A stretch of DNA of 64,000 bases from Dehalococcoidia bacterium (GTDB lineage: Bacteria > Chloroflexota > Dehalococcoidia > Bin125): positions 1 through 64,000 of the forward strand of contig CAXXRD010000003.1 of the NCBI GenBank assembly GCA_963663895.2, in the 5' to 3' direction. Position numbers and translations under genes: made by a program. Positions 37,247 through 47,777 of this stretch are shown here, one piece after another; within the stretch, counting starts at the first letter, position 1, and the number at the start of each line of letters is the position of its first letter. Under the pieces are notes generated by a model, which searched no databases, was not told the DNA's origin, and worked only from the letters and a program-made list of their open reading frames with translations.

Positions 37247-37554
37247 GGAGTCCTCCTAGCTGGTGGGTGGGGAGTTGCCGTGGGCGCCGATGCTGGCTGC
37301 GCTCTACTATAGAGGCCGCAGGCGACCATCTCTTCGGCCTGGTACGTCCGGGGGGGGCAGTTCCTCGTCGATCACTTGCGGAACGTCGCGAGCGTCTTGC
37401 GGGACTCGGTACCTTGGTACCTCCCAAGTTACACCTGCCCTTAGTGAGGAGTGGTGATTGCAAGGCGCCGCATCGGACGCGGCATATGCGCGGTGTTGCA
37501 TTTGAACATGGGAAGAGGCGGAGGGGAAAGCGCGCGCTGTATCCTCACACGACT

Positions 37555-38346
37555 GTGCCTGGCAGGCTCCAAGACAAGGTGGCGATCGTGACCGGCGGTG
37601 CCCGCGGGCTGGGGCGGGGGATCGCAACGGTGCTAGCGCGGGAGGGCGCGGATATTACGGTCGCGGATCTGGCGGTAGCGGAAGCGCAGGGTACGCTCAC
37701 GGCGGTGGAAGGCGAGGGGCGCCGCGCGTTGGTGGTGGAGACGGACGTAACGGACGCGCACTCGGCGGCTCGGTGCGTTCAGGAGACGATTACGCGGCTG
37801 GGTGGCGTCGACATACTCGTGAACAATGCGGGCGTGGTCGGCGGGCATCTGGGCGAGCAGGTGACGGCCGAGGACTGGGACGCCTGCTTCGCGGTGAACG
37901 TGAAAGGGCCGTGGATCATGGGCAGAGCGCTGCTGCCGTACTTCAAGCAGCGAGGCGGAGGAAAGGTCGTCAATATCTCCTCGATCGGGGGACGCGAGGG
38001 CGTGCCGATGTTCCCCAACTACAGTGCTTCGAAGGCGGCGCTGATCAACCTTACGCAGGCGCAGGCGCTCGACTGGGCGCGCTATCACGTGAACGTCAAT
38101 GCGGTCTGCCCGGGCTTGATCTGGACGCAGATGTGGCGCTTGATCGAGTCGCACGCGGAGCAAGAGCGTGGCCGTGTAACCGAGGATCGGGCGATGTTCG
38201 AGCGATTCGTGCGAAAGCTAACGGCCTTGGGCCGCGAGCAGACGCCCGAGGATGTGGGGCACGCGGTTGCATTCCTGGCCTCAGCGGAGGCGCGGAACAT
38301 CACCGGGCAATCGCTCAACGTGGACGGTGGAATTAAGTTCGACTGA
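37555..38346 (+). CDS. Short-chain dehydrogenase/reductase
   Basis: TGGARGLG, LVNNAG, YSASK, VNAVCPG and ITGQSLNVDGG; GTG start inferred. Confidence 0.92.
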   Translation: MPGRLQDKVAIVTGGARGLGRGIATVLAREGADITVADLAVAEAQGTLTAVEGEGRRALVVETDVTDAHSAARCVQETITRLGGVDILVNNAGVVGGHLGEQVTAEDWDACFAVNVKGPWIMGRALLPYFKQRGGGKVVNISSIGGREGVPMFPNYSASKAALINLTQAQALDWARYHVNVNAVCPGLIWTQMWRLIESHAEQERGRVTEDRAMFERFVRKLTALGREQTPEDVGHAVAFLASAEARNITGQSLNVDGGIKFD

Positions 38347-38387
38347 CCGGCCTCGGCCGAGGAATGAGAGCGCTGAAGGAGCGACCA

Positions 38388-39188
38388 ATGACTGAGCCGC
38401 CACTGCTGTACGAGGTGCAAGACTACGTTGCCACGATCACGCTGAACCGGCCGGAGAAGATGAACGCCTTCAATCCGACCATGCTGCAGCTATGGGCCGA
38501 TGCGATTGAGTCGGCGGGTCGAGACGAAGGGGTGCGGGTCGTGGTGGTGACGGGGAAGGGCCGCGGCTTCTGTAGCGGCGGGGACGTGAGTAAGAAAGAG
38601 GTAGGTGGTGACCTGTTCGGGGAGTCGCTAGTAGCCGGGCGCAATGGCCTGCGCCACAGCGTGCATCGAGTACCGCGCACGCTCGCGAACTTGGAGAAAC
38701 CGTATATCGCCGCCGTGAACGGGGCAGCGGTGGGAGCGGGGATGGATATGGCTTCGATGGCGGACATACGGATCGTGTCGGATAGGGCGAAGTTTGGAAT
38801 GGCGTATGTGCGGGTGGGCCTGACGCCGGGAGATGGCGGAGCGTATTTCCTGCCTAAGATCGTGGGAATGGCCCGGGCGCTGGAGTTGATGTGGTCGGGC
38901 CGTATCTTTACCGCTCAGGAAGCCCTAGAGATGGGCTACGCACAGCGCGTGGTTCCGCACGAGGAACTCATCCCGGCGGTGCGATCCTTCGCGACGGAGC
39001 TAGCGCGCGGGCCCGCTGTTGCGGTGCAGCTCACGAAGCGCTTGGCTTATCGGAGCCAAGAGGTCGGCCTGCATGAGGCGCTGGAGATGGCGGAGCATGC
39101 GATGGTACTGGCGCGGGCGACCGAGGACTCGCGTGAAGGACCGCGGGCCTTCGCGGAGAAGCGGGCGCCGGTATTTCAGGGCCGCTAG
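38388..39188 (+). CDS. Enoyl-CoA hydratase/isomerase family protein
   Basis: TLNRPEKMNA, FCSGGD, KPYIAAVNGAAVGAG and AFAEKRAPVF. Confidence 0.92.
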   Translation: MTEPPLLYEVQDYVATITLNRPEKMNAFNPTMLQLWADAIESAGRDEGVRVVVVTGKGRGFCSGGDVSKKEVGGDLFGESLVAGRNGLRHSVHRVPRTLANLEKPYIAAVNGAAVGAGMDMASMADIRIVSDRAKFGMAYVRVGLTPGDGGAYFLPKIVGMARALELMWSGRIFTAQEALEMGYAQRVVPHEELIPAVRSFATELARGPAVAVQLTKRLAYRSQEVGLHEALEMAEHAMVLARATEDSREGPRAFAEKRAPVFQGR

Positions 39189-39228
39189 GGCCGAGAACCA
39201 CTAGGCTGGGAGCAGGAGGACCGCTCGC

Positions 39229-40416
39229 ATGGCGCTTGATTTCGCTTTCACACCGGAGCAAGAGGCGTTCCGGGAGGAGATCCGGGCCTTCCTCTCCAAA
39301 GAGTTGCCGCCGGATCATTGGAAGCTCCAAAGCGACCGCGAGCAGGCGCCTGCAGGCCAGGCCGAGTTCACGCGTGCATTCGTAAAAAAGCTGGCGGACC
39401 AGGGCTGGCTGACGATGCACTGGCCGAAGGAGTACGGAGGCCGGGGCGCGAGCGTGATGGAGCAAGTGATCTACAACGAGGAAACCGGGTATGCGGCGGC
39501 GCCGGTGGGGATCGGGTCACAGATGGCCGTCACGATGGCAGGCCCAACGATCATGCGCTGGGGAAGCGAAGAGTTGAAGGCCGAGCACCTGCCGGCGATC
39601 TCGCGCGGCGAAGCCCTGTGGTGTCAGGGGTTCTCGGAGACCAACGCGGGCTCGGATTTGGCGTCGCTGGAGACTCGGGCGGTGCGTGACGGTGATGACT
39701 ACGTGGTCAACGGGCAGAAGATCTGGACGAGCGGAGCCCATACGGCGGACTGGTGCATGCTGCTGGTCCGCACCGATCCGCAAGCACGGAAGCACAAAGG
39801 GATCACCTACCTCTTGATGGACATGCGCTCACCGGGAGTCGAAGTAAAGCCGATCCTCAGCATGATGGACGCGCACGGATTCAACGAAGTGTGGATGGAG
39901 GACGTGCGGATCCCGGTGCGGAACCGGGTGGGCGACGAGAACGAGGGATGGTATGTGGCTACGACCACCCTCGATTTCGAGCGTAGTGGAATCACTCGCG
40001 TGGCCTGGAGCAGGCGGGTGCTGGAGGAGATGGTGGGTTGGGTACGGTCGAACGGTGCCGTCACGAACAAGGCCGTGACGCGGAACGCCCTGGCTGACTT
40101 GTGGATCGCGGTCGAGGTATCACGCCTACTGTCCTATCGAGTGGGGTGGATGCAGTCGCAGGGACAGGTGCCGAACGCCGAGGCCTCCATGGTGAAGGTG
40201 TTTGGCTCGGAATTGGCCTGTGCGATTACGAACGTGGGGACGAACCTGCTGGGCCTGGGGGGTGGACTCCTACGAGGCTCCACCGGGGCGCCACCTCTCT
40301 ATGGAGCACTCCCGCTGGGGTATATGGGAACGACGACCTACGCCATCGCTGCGGGGACGAGCGAGATTCAGCGCAATATCATTGCGCAACGAGGGCTTGG
40401 CCTGCCGCGTTCGTAG
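39229..40416 (+). CDS. Acyl-CoA dehydrogenase family protein
   Basis: WCQGFSE..AGSDLASL, NGQKIWTS and GTSEIQRNIIA. Confidence 0.93.
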   Translation: MALDFAFTPEQEAFREEIRAFLSKELPPDHWKLQSDREQAPAGQAEFTRAFVKKLADQGWLTMHWPKEYGGRGASVMEQVIYNEETGYAAAPVGIGSQMAVTMAGPTIMRWGSEELKAEHLPAISRGEALWCQGFSETNAGSDLASLETRAVRDGDDYVVNGQKIWTSGAHTADWCMLLVRTDPQARKHKGITYLLMDMRSPGVEVKPILSMMDAHGFNEVWMEDVRIPVRNRVGDENEGWYVATTTLDFERSGITRVAWSRRVLEEMVGWVRSNGAVTNKAVTRNALADLWIAVEVSRLLSYRVGWMQSQGQVPNAEASMVKVFGSELACAITNVGTNLLGLGGGLLRGSTGAPPLYGALPLGYMGTTTYAIAAGTSEIQRNIIAQRGLGLPRS

Positions 40417-40517
40417 GGAACCACGCCCGACCGTCGCCAGGCCGAGACGAGGCAGCGCGCATTCGGCGGACGCTCCCGCTATGTACAAGATCCTGGAACG
40501 GGCCTGCGCCTGCGCGG

Positions 40518-40904
40518 TCAGGCTGGCTCGTCGTCGGATATGAGGACGCGGCCGTCGACGACGCGGGTGTGAAAGGTGCGGATACTCGGAGGCTTGAGTC
40601 GCTTCTCGAGGGGCGGGGGCAGCGGTGGGGCCATCCGGTCCAACATGTTCCATATCCCCTCGGGCAACCAGCTCTTCGTTTGGCCGCTACGGCAGTCGAA
40701 TTCGGATTTGTGCCAAGGACAAACGATATTGCTGCCGTGGAGTTCACCGGCGCTCAGAGGGGCGAAGAGATGGGGGCAGCGATCCTGAACCGCGAAGACC
40801 TCGCCGTGGACGTTGACTACACAAACGCGAGTGCCATTGATCTCGCCGACGGTGACGGTCCCAGGGGGCAGGTCTTCGAGGGCGCAAACATCGGCTTCGG
40901 CCAC
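40518..40904 (-). CDS. Rieske [2Fe-2S] ferredoxin
   Basis: CPH...CPWH motifs. Confidence 0.88.
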   Translation of the reverse strand: MAEADVCALEDLPPGTVTVGEINGTRVCVVNVHGEVFAVQDRCPHLFAPLSAGELHGSNIVCPWHKSEFDCRSGQTKSWLPEGIWNMLDRMAPPLPPPLEKRLKPPSIRTFHTRVVDGRVLISDDEPA

Positions 40905-41093
40905 AGAGGCACTCCGTCCGGACTTGGAAACTTTCGGACATAGGATTACGCGAGCAGCATCGTGGGTCAATTTTCAACCGCAATGCACTGCGATCGCAGC
41001 GGAGGCGGATCGAGGGCTGTAGCCTGGACGCAGCGGACAACTCTGGGGACTGGGGGCGCCGGGCGTGCCGCAGAGTTTGCGGAGGGGATCAGG

Positions 41094-41897
41094 ATGAACT
41101 TGAACGAGTATCTGCCGCCGCGCGTGGCGGTGGTGGAACTGAGCGGCCTGATCGGGTTGCGGCTGAGCGCCCGGGAGTACACAAAGCTGCTGGCAAGCGT
41201 GGGCGAAAACCCGCGAATCAAGGCCGTGGTCTTAGATATCGACTCGCCGGGTGGTGTGGCGCACGCTTCGGAGGATATCTATCTAGCGGCGCGGCGGCTG
41301 GGGGAGTCACGGCCCCTGGCAGCGGCGATCCGGGGAGTGGGAGCCTCCGGCGCGTACATGGTGGCCTGCGCGGCTGAACGTATCTTTGCGATTCCCAGTG
41401 CGATGGTGGGCTCGATCGGCGTGATCAGCGCGCGACCGATGGTGGAGGAGCTGTTGGAAAAGGCAGGCGTGCGGATGACGGTGTCAAAGAGTGTGCGATT
41501 CAAAGACATGGGCTCATTCTTTCGCCCGCCTACGGAGGAAGAGCGCGTGAAAGAGCAATCGATCGTCGACGCCATCCACGCGCGCTTCACGGAGATCGTG
41601 CGTGAGGGGCGGCCAGGGCTGGCGGCGGAGCAGATCGATGATCTGGCGACGGGAGAGATCTACCTGGGAACAACAGCACGGGAGAAAGGTCTTGTCGACG
41701 AGCTGGGCACACTCGGCGAGGCCGTCCAATGGGCGGCGGGACGAGCGGGGATCGACGCGAAGACCATGGTGATGCGGCCGCGGCGCGGATTGATGCAGTT
41801 GATGCTGCAGCGCGGGGCGAGCGGATTCATCGACGAGATCACGGCGTCGGTGGTGGAGCGCCTTTACATGCGCTCCTTGGGAATCCCCGGCTACTAG
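41094..41897 (+). CDS. sppA: Signal peptide peptidase SppA (S49), short form
   Basis: IDSPGG, ASGAY, VGSIGV, FKD and GLVDELG. Confidence 0.87.
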   Translation: MNLNEYLPPRVAVVELSGLIGLRLSAREYTKLLASVGENPRIKAVVLDIDSPGGVAHASEDIYLAARRLGESRPLAAAIRGVGASGAYMVACAAERIFAIPSAMVGSIGVISARPMVEELLEKAGVRMTVSKSVRFKDMGSFFRPPTEEERVKEQSIVDAIHARFTEIVREGRPGLAAEQIDDLATGEIYLGTTAREKGLVDELGTLGEAVQWAAGRAGIDAKTMVMRPRRGLMQLMLQRGASGFIDEITASVVERLYMRSLGIPGY

Positions 41898-41904
41898 GGG
41901 ATTC

Positions 41905-42411
41905 TTAGTCGGCCTTGGGCGCGATCTCGCGGTAGCGGCCCTCAAAGAAGATCAAGGGCGCAGCGCCAGAGTGGCACCAGCAGGCTTTGACCTCGCCGAT
42001 GTAGATCTCGTGGTCGCCGCCGGGCGCGACATCGTGGACGGTGCAATCCATGTAACCGATGGCCCCGGCGATCCGCGGGGCGCCGGTCTCGCCCAATTCG
42101 TACTCGAGATTGATGTCGGTGAACTCGGCAGGGCCGTAGTTGCGGTCACTCTTGGCGAAATAGTTGGAAAGGTTCTGCTGGTCGGCGGCCAGGATGTTGA
42201 CGGTAAAGACGGGGGTCTCTCGGAGCGTCTTGAGCATGTGGGTGTTCTTGTCGACACAGATGAGGATCAGAGGCGGATCGAGAGAGAGAGAGGTGAAGGC
42301 GTTCGCGGTCATGCCGTGGAAAGCTGGAGCCTCGCCGGAGGTGACGACGGTGACACCGGTGGCGAACTCGCCGCAAACCGTACGAAAGTATCTGGGGTCA
42401 AAGTCGGGCAT
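41905..42411 (-). CDS. Flavin reductase family protein
   Basis: FATGVTVVT, GMTANAFTSLSLDPPL and GDH.IYIGEV. Confidence 0.92.
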   Translation of the reverse strand: MPDFDPRYFRTVCGEFATGVTVVTSGEAPAFHGMTANAFTSLSLDPPLILICVDKNTHMLKTLRETPVFTVNILAADQQNLSNYFAKSDRNYGPAEFTDINLEYELGETGAPRIAGAIGYMDCTVHDVAPGGDHEIYIGEVKACWCHSGAAPLIFFEGRYREIAPKAD

Positions 42412-42608
42412 AGTGGCCAATCCCTCCAGACTGCGAGCAATTGCAGGGATAATACAGGCCCTCTCGGCGGTCGCATCTGCTTCGAAGGCTGCGGCACGGT
42501 TGGTGGCTGGCGCGCAGGACGTTGGCGCGGTCGATGATCGGTGCGGGCGCGGAGCAGCGAGCGATGGGATAGCCTTCGACGCAGCGGAAAGGGACAAGGA
42601 GGTTTCCG

Positions 42609-43403
42609 ATGGCGGATGGGGCCGTGTTGGTCGAGAGCGATGGTGGTGGCGTAACGACGGTGACGCTGAACCGGCCGGAGGCGCTCAATTCACTCAGCTT
42701 GGAAGTCGAGGAGACTTTGCAGGAGCTGTTGCCACGCCTGGAGGCCGATGATGCTACCCGGGTCGTGGTGATCACGGGAGCGGGTCGAGCTTTCTCGGCG
42801 GGGGGCGACGTCAAGGAAATGCGCCCTGGAGGAGCCTGGGATATCTCGATGGCAGAGCGGCAGGAACGATTGGAGGCGTTGCACTCGGTCGCGATCACAC
42901 TACACGCGCTTCCTAAGCCGGTGATCGCGATGGTGAACGGGGTCGCGGCGGGGGCGGGCTGCAACCTCGCCTTGGCCTGCGATCTCCGCCTGGCAAGCGA
43001 GAAAGCGAAGTTCGGGTTGGTATTTCGCAACGTAGGGTTGGGAGACGACATGGGCGGAGCCTGGCTCCTGCCTCGCTTGGTGGGGATGGGCAGGGCTTTG
43101 GAGATGTTCTTCACGGGCAGGATCATTGATGCGGCGGAGGCGCATCGGATCGGCATGGTGAACCGCGTCGTGCCGGCCGAGTCGCTGGCGGAGGAGACTT
43201 ACGGACTGGCGCGATCGTTGGCGGCGGGACCGGGGAAAGCGCTGGGGCTCATCAAAGAAGAGATCTATGGCGGGATCACCTCGTCGTTCCAGGAGCTGCT
43301 GGACTTTGAGGCGCAGCGGCAATCGGCGCTGATGGCCGAGCATGACCATCAAGAAGGGGTGACGGCTTTTGTGGAGAAGCGCCCGCCGGTGTTCACTGAC
43401 TAG
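42609..43403 (+). CDS. Enoyl-CoA hydratase/isomerase family protein
   Basis: TLNRPEALN, AFSAGGD, KPVIAMVNGVAAGAG and AFVEKRPPVF. Confidence 0.92.
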   Translation: MADGAVLVESDGGGVTTVTLNRPEALNSLSLEVEETLQELLPRLEADDATRVVVITGAGRAFSAGGDVKEMRPGGAWDISMAERQERLEALHSVAITLHALPKPVIAMVNGVAAGAGCNLALACDLRLASEKAKFGLVFRNVGLGDDMGGAWLLPRLVGMGRALEMFFTGRIIDAAEAHRIGMVNRVVPAESLAEETYGLARSLAAGPGKALGLIKEEIYGGITSSFQELLDFEAQRQSALMAEHDHQEGVTAFVEKRPPVFTD

Positions 43404-43540
43404 GCGCCGCCGGAGTAACCCGTACCGCGCTGCGCCTACTCCCGCGCGGGTTGATCGGGGCCGCTGTATCGATGAAGAGCGCTGTCTAGAGGAGAGGACG
43501 GGGCACTCCCGACTCGCCGGTCGGCTGGATCCGCTTGGCG

Positions 43541-44533
43541 TTAGGAATGGGAGGCGTGCTCGCGCAGGGGCAAATCCAGCACGGTGATAAGGCCGCGGGG
43601 AGCACTCCGGATCACACGCGCTGCCCGCAGAACGGCGGCGGCGGTGGCCTCGTCGCCGAAGACGCCGCCTAGGAACCGCAGCTTAATCGGTGGCCTGCCC
43701 TCGACTGCGATCTCGTCAAAGTCTTCCCGGACGCCGCTCTGGGCCTCGAAATGGAGGTGAATCGCCCGACCGTCGGCGGTGGTCCCATGCGCAATCTGCA
43801 CCGTGCCGCGTACGGGGCCCTGCCCGTCGGGCTGGACGGGATCGAGGCGCTCCGTCCAGTTGCTCACCTCCCAGCCGAGACCGGCGGCAATGAGGCGCCC
43901 GCTCTCGACGAGGCCGACATGACCGAAGGTTCCGGAAGCAGCGAGGCGATCGTACTCGGGGCGAGGCATGTCCATGCCGACTTTCTTGCGGAACGACTCT
44001 CGCCGGGGGCCAGGGTTCTGTACCCGGTGCACGGCAACGCTCCGCACGCTATGGCTGGCGCCGGCTGCTGCGACGACGATCTGATCCATGACGAATCCGG
44101 GGTTGACACCCGTGCCGATCAGGCTGCAGCTCTGAGCGACGGCCTGCGCGTCCAACCGTTGGGCGAACTCCTGGTGGCGTGCGAAGGGGTAAGCGAGCTC
44201 TTCGCACGTTGAGATGACGTGGAGCCGTGACCGCAAGGCGTCCTCGAACTGTGCGGCAACGCTGTCCAGTTTCGAGCCGGTGGCATGGAGGACGGCCTCG
44301 GGTTGCGGGGCCTCGCGAGGGAGAGCGGCACGTGCCTCCTCCAGAGTACGGTGGACGACAAGGGAGGGTGCGCCCGCGATCAGGCTGGAGGCGTCACGAC
44401 CGATGAGGTGCTCGGAGATGTCGACCGCACCCAGAACCTCGATCTGTGGGTCGGCCTGCGCTGCGACGAGGATGCGCTGCCCAATGGGACCAAGGCCTTG
44501 GACGATGACGGGAAGCGGATTGCCGACGCTCAA
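43541..44533 (-). CDS. NAD(P)-dependent amine dehydrogenase / DapB-like (Ord family) protein
   Basis: GLGPIG Rossmann motif, ISTCEEL and GTGVNPGFVMD. Confidence 0.75.
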   Translation of the reverse strand: MSVGNPLPVIVQGLGPIGQRILVAAQADPQIEVLGAVDISEHLIGRDASSLIAGAPSLVVHRTLEEARAALPREAPQPEAVLHATGSKLDSVAAQFEDALRSRLHVISTCEELAYPFARHQEFAQRLDAQAVAQSCSLIGTGVNPGFVMDQIVVAAAGASHSVRSVAVHRVQNPGPRRESFRKKVGMDMPRPEYDRLAASGTFGHVGLVESGRLIAAGLGWEVSNWTERLDPVQPDGQGPVRGTVQIAHGTTADGRAIHLHFEAQSGVREDFDEIAVEGRPPIKLRFLGGVFGDEATAAAVLRAARVIRSAPRGLITVLDLPLREHASHS

Positions 44534-44552
44534 GGGATTTCCATCACTACAG

Positions 44553-44879
44553 CTACTGGAGAGGTGAGAAATCGGTGGGCTGCAAGAGTTGGTTGCTGAG
44601 GAAATTGACGAGCAGGCCGTCGCGTTCGGACTCGGCTTTTACCTGCTGCCACTCGGGATCGGCGGCGAAGGCGCCCCACGCTTGCTCGCGATGGGCGTAA
44701 TCGTTGTAGGCGATCATCCAGATCAACTGGTCGCTGCGCCCGCCCATGCTGTTGGTCCAAAAGCCGATCAGTTTAATCCCGTGCTTCTCCAGCAGGGCGC
44801 AGGAGTGATTACGAAAACGGCTCAGGAGCGCCTCCATCTTGCCGGAGTTGACGTGGTAGGTGCGCATCTCGTAGATCAC
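44553..44879 (-). CDS. NIPSNAP family protein
   Basis: IYEMRTY...RF...LEKHGI..GFW...W.AFAADPEW...PTDFSP. Confidence 0.9.
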   Translation of the reverse strand: MIYEMRTYHVNSGKMEALLSRFRNHSCALLEKHGIKLIGFWTNSMGGRSDQLIWMIAYNDYAHREQAWGAFAADPEWQQVKAESERDGLLVNFLSNQLLQPTDFSPLQ

Positions 44880-44990
44880 CGCAGCCTCGATTTCCCGATC
44901 GTATATTTCGCTAACGGCATGTGTGACTGGCTCCGCGACGGGAGTCTAGGAGCTGGTGGCTTCGAGACTGCAGATTAGCGGGCAGCGTCG

Positions 44991-46400
44991 CTACTGTCGC
45001 CTGTCGGGTCGGGCTTGAGACAAGTCGGTGGCGCGGCGATCCTGGCGGCGGACGCTAGCGTAGTCCGGGCCTTCGGCAATGGCGTAGCTTTCGTCGAGGA
45101 GCTCGATGGCGTGGAGGCTGCGGCCGCCGGCGCCGAAAAGGCGGAGTCCGGCGTCTAGCTGCACCATGCAGCCCGGGTTGGCCGTGCAGACGAGGTCGGC
45201 GCCGGTCGCGTTAATCTCCGCCATTTTATTTGCAAGCAACTGGCGAGAGAGATTCTTCTGCACGATGGAGTAGATTCCAGCGCTGCCGCAGCAACGATCA
45301 GGGTGGGCCATCTCACGCAGTTCGAGGCCTGGGATCTGGCGCAGGATGGCGCGGGGAGCCGTGGCGACCCCCTGCGCATGGACGAGGTGGCAGGAGTCCT
45401 GGTACGTGACCGATCTGCCGAGATCACCGGCCGGCGGATCGAAGCCCACCGCAATCAAGTACTCGTGGATGTCCTTGACGAGGTCTGCGAAGCGCGCGGC
45501 CCGATCACGATAGACGGGATCGTTGCGGAAGAGGTGGCCGTACTCCTTCATGTGGGAGCCGCAGCCGGCGGAGTTAACGAGGATGGCATCAGGTTTGAGA
45601 CGCAAGAAGCGGTCGATGTTCTTGCGGCCGAGGGCCCTGGCCTCCTCGACGTCGCCGTTGTGGGCATGAAGGGCGCCACAGCAGAACTGATCTTCAGGGG
45701 CGACAACGTCAATCTTGTTGCGGGCGAGGACGCGGAGAGTGGCATGGTGGGTCTCGCCAAAGGTTAAGGGCATCACGCAGCCCGTGAGGAAAGCCACGCG
45801 GGCGCGGGCCTCGCCAACGGATCGGTACTGCCGAGCGTCTTGTGGGCGGAAGAAGGGTTTCGTGAAGTCGGGGGCGAGAGCGTCGACCTCGGCGAGGGCA
45901 GGCGCGAAGCGATCGAGAAGACCGGAGGACCGGACGAAGCGCTGCAAACCACTGGTTTGGAAGAGTTGCATGCTGCGGCCGGCAGCGCGGAGTCGCTTCG
46001 GGTGGGAAAAGACGCCACGCATGATGACGCGCCACAGCAATCGCTGCACAGGCTTGCTTTTCTTCTGCTGGAAGAGGTCGGCGCGCGTGCGCTCCATGAG
46101 GCGGCCGAAGGGGACGTTGGAGGGGCAAGCGGTTTCGCATGCTCGGCACTGGAGGCAGCGATCGAAATGCCGTTGCACGCGGGGAGTGAGGTCAATGCGC
46201 CCTTCGTCCAAGGCCCGCATGAGGTAAAGGCGCCCGCGAGGCGACTCGGTCTCGACGCCGAGTTCGATGTAGGTCGGACAGGCGTTAAGGCAAAAGCCGC
46301 AGTGGACGCAGAGCGTCAACTCAGCGCTATCGGGAGCGTCGGGACTGATGAATCGGCTGAGCGCGTCGGTAGCAGGGGGCGCATCTGGAATGCTGCTCAT
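44991..46400 (-). CDS. glcF: Glycolate oxidase Fe-S subunit
   Basis: CVHCGFCLNACP, CLQCRACETACP and two CCG domains. Confidence 0.88.
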   Translation of the reverse strand: MSSIPDAPPATDALSRFISPDAPDSAELTLCVHCGFCLNACPTYIELGVETESPRGRLYLMRALDEGRIDLTPRVQRHFDRCLQCRACETACPSNVPFGRLMERTRADLFQQKKSKPVQRLLWRVIMRGVFSHPKRLRAAGRSMQLFQTSGLQRFVRSSGLLDRFAPALAEVDALAPDFTKPFFRPQDARQYRSVGEARARVAFLTGCVMPLTFGETHHATLRVLARNKIDVVAPEDQFCCGALHAHNGDVEEARALGRKNIDRFLRLKPDAILVNSAGCGSHMKEYGHLFRNDPVYRDRAARFADLVKDIHEYLIAVGFDPPAGDLGRSVTYQDSCHLVHAQGVATAPRAILRQIPGLELREMAHPDRCCGSAGIYSIVQKNLSRQLLANKMAEINATGADLVCTANPGCMVQLDAGLRLFGAGGRSLHAIELLDESYAIAEGPDYASVRRQDRRATDLSQARPDRRQ

Positions 46401-46451
46401 AGCTTGCTCATCGCTGAAGTGTAGCCGCCGCTTGGATGATGCGCCGCTGGC

Positions 46452-47768
46452 TCAGATCCCGCCCACGAAGCGGCCGGGGCTGAGGGTCGCGTTGGGATCA
46501 AACTCGCGTTTGATGCGGCGCATAATGGTGATCCCGTCGCCGGCGGGTCCCCAGACGTCCATCGCGCGTTTCTCGGTCACAGGGGCGTGCTCAACGACGA
46601 GCGAACCGCCCAGCGCTTCGATCCCCTTGCGCGCGGTGGCCACCATCGCGGGGAGCAGCGCGCTGGTGGGAGCAGCGAGCCGTCCGAAGAGGAGTCCGGC
46701 GTCGGCGTATGCCCAAAGACAAGTTTGATCAGTGGCGGCACGCAGGGCGGCGGTGGCGCTGCGGAGGGAATCGGGGGGCGCAGCGCAGCGGACGAGCACG
46801 GCATTGCCGCGGGGTGGCGTGCCTTCGCGATCCGTGAGGCGCTGCCAGAAATCTGGTGCCGTGGGCTCAGGTTGGATGGCAGAGTCGGCTTGGGCAATCG
46901 CGCCTGCTAACTGCAACGTGGAGGAGACAGCGCCTTCGACCCCGGCGGCGCGCAGGACCAAGCCGACCTCGCCGAGTCCCAGGTCGTGGGCGCTTACCGG
47001 GTCGAGCGCAATGATGGATTGCAGCCCGTTGACCCCGAGAGCGATCCGCCGCCCCAGATCGATCGCGGCGTCAAAGTCGGCGGTGGGGATGACGAGCGTG
47101 GCGTCCGCGGCTGGGAGAGGGCGCAGCTTGAAAGTCGCTTCCACGATACAGCCCAGCGTGCCCAAGGAGCCGCTGAAGAGCTTGCACAGGTCGTAGCCAC
47201 TGACGTTCTTCACGACCCGGCCGCCGCTGTGCACCGTGGTCCCATGAGACAAGACGACACCGCAGCCGATCAGCCAATCGCGAGGGCCGCCAAACACGCC
47301 CCGCCGTGGCCCGCTGCGCGCCGCGGCTACGCTGCCGCCAACGGTCGCCTTGTCGGGAAAAGGAACGTCCAAGGGGACGAACTGTCCGTGATCGGCCAGG
47401 AAGGTCTGCAGGGCGGCGAACCGCATGCCGCTCTGCACCGTGATCGTGAAGTCGTCGGGAACGTGGTCGATAACGGCGTCGAGGGCGCTGGTGTCGAGCG
47501 CGACGTCATAGCGGGTTGGGGGGGCGCCGAGACCGGTGGCGGTGCGGCCGCCCTGGAGCACAACGGCCAGGTCCGCCGTGGCGGCAGCGCGTAGCACGGC
47601 GGCGAGCTCCTCAACGGTAGCGGGGCGGACGGCGATGGCAGGCCGCAACCCGTCGACGAGATAGCGATCGAGGGCGTCGGTGTCGCTGTACGCGTTGGCG
47701 GTCGCTGCAGCCACGGCGGCGATCCCGGCTCCGTCGCTGAGGCCGGCGGATGCCTCCGGGGACTTCAT
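46452..47768 (-). CDS. glcE: Glycolate oxidase FAD-binding subunit
   Basis: GGRVVKNVSGYDLCKL.GSLGTLG and FDP...LSPGR. Confidence 0.85.
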   Translation of the reverse strand: MKSPEASAGLSDGAGIAAVAAATANAYSDTDALDRYLVDGLRPAIAVRPATVEELAAVLRAAATADLAVVLQGGRTATGLGAPPTRYDVALDTSALDAVIDHVPDDFTITVQSGMRFAALQTFLADHGQFVPLDVPFPDKATVGGSVAAARSGPRRGVFGGPRDWLIGCGVVLSHGTTVHSGGRVVKNVSGYDLCKLFSGSLGTLGCIVEATFKLRPLPAADATLVIPTADFDAAIDLGRRIALGVNGLQSIIALDPVSAHDLGLGEVGLVLRAAGVEGAVSSTLQLAGAIAQADSAIQPEPTAPDFWQRLTDREGTPPRGNAVLVRCAAPPDSLRSATAALRAATDQTCLWAYADAGLLFGRLAAPTSALLPAMVATARKGIEALGGSLVVEHAPVTEKRAMDVWGPAGDGITIMRRIKREFDPNATLSPGRFVGGI

Positions 47769-47777
47769 GGTCTCGCG

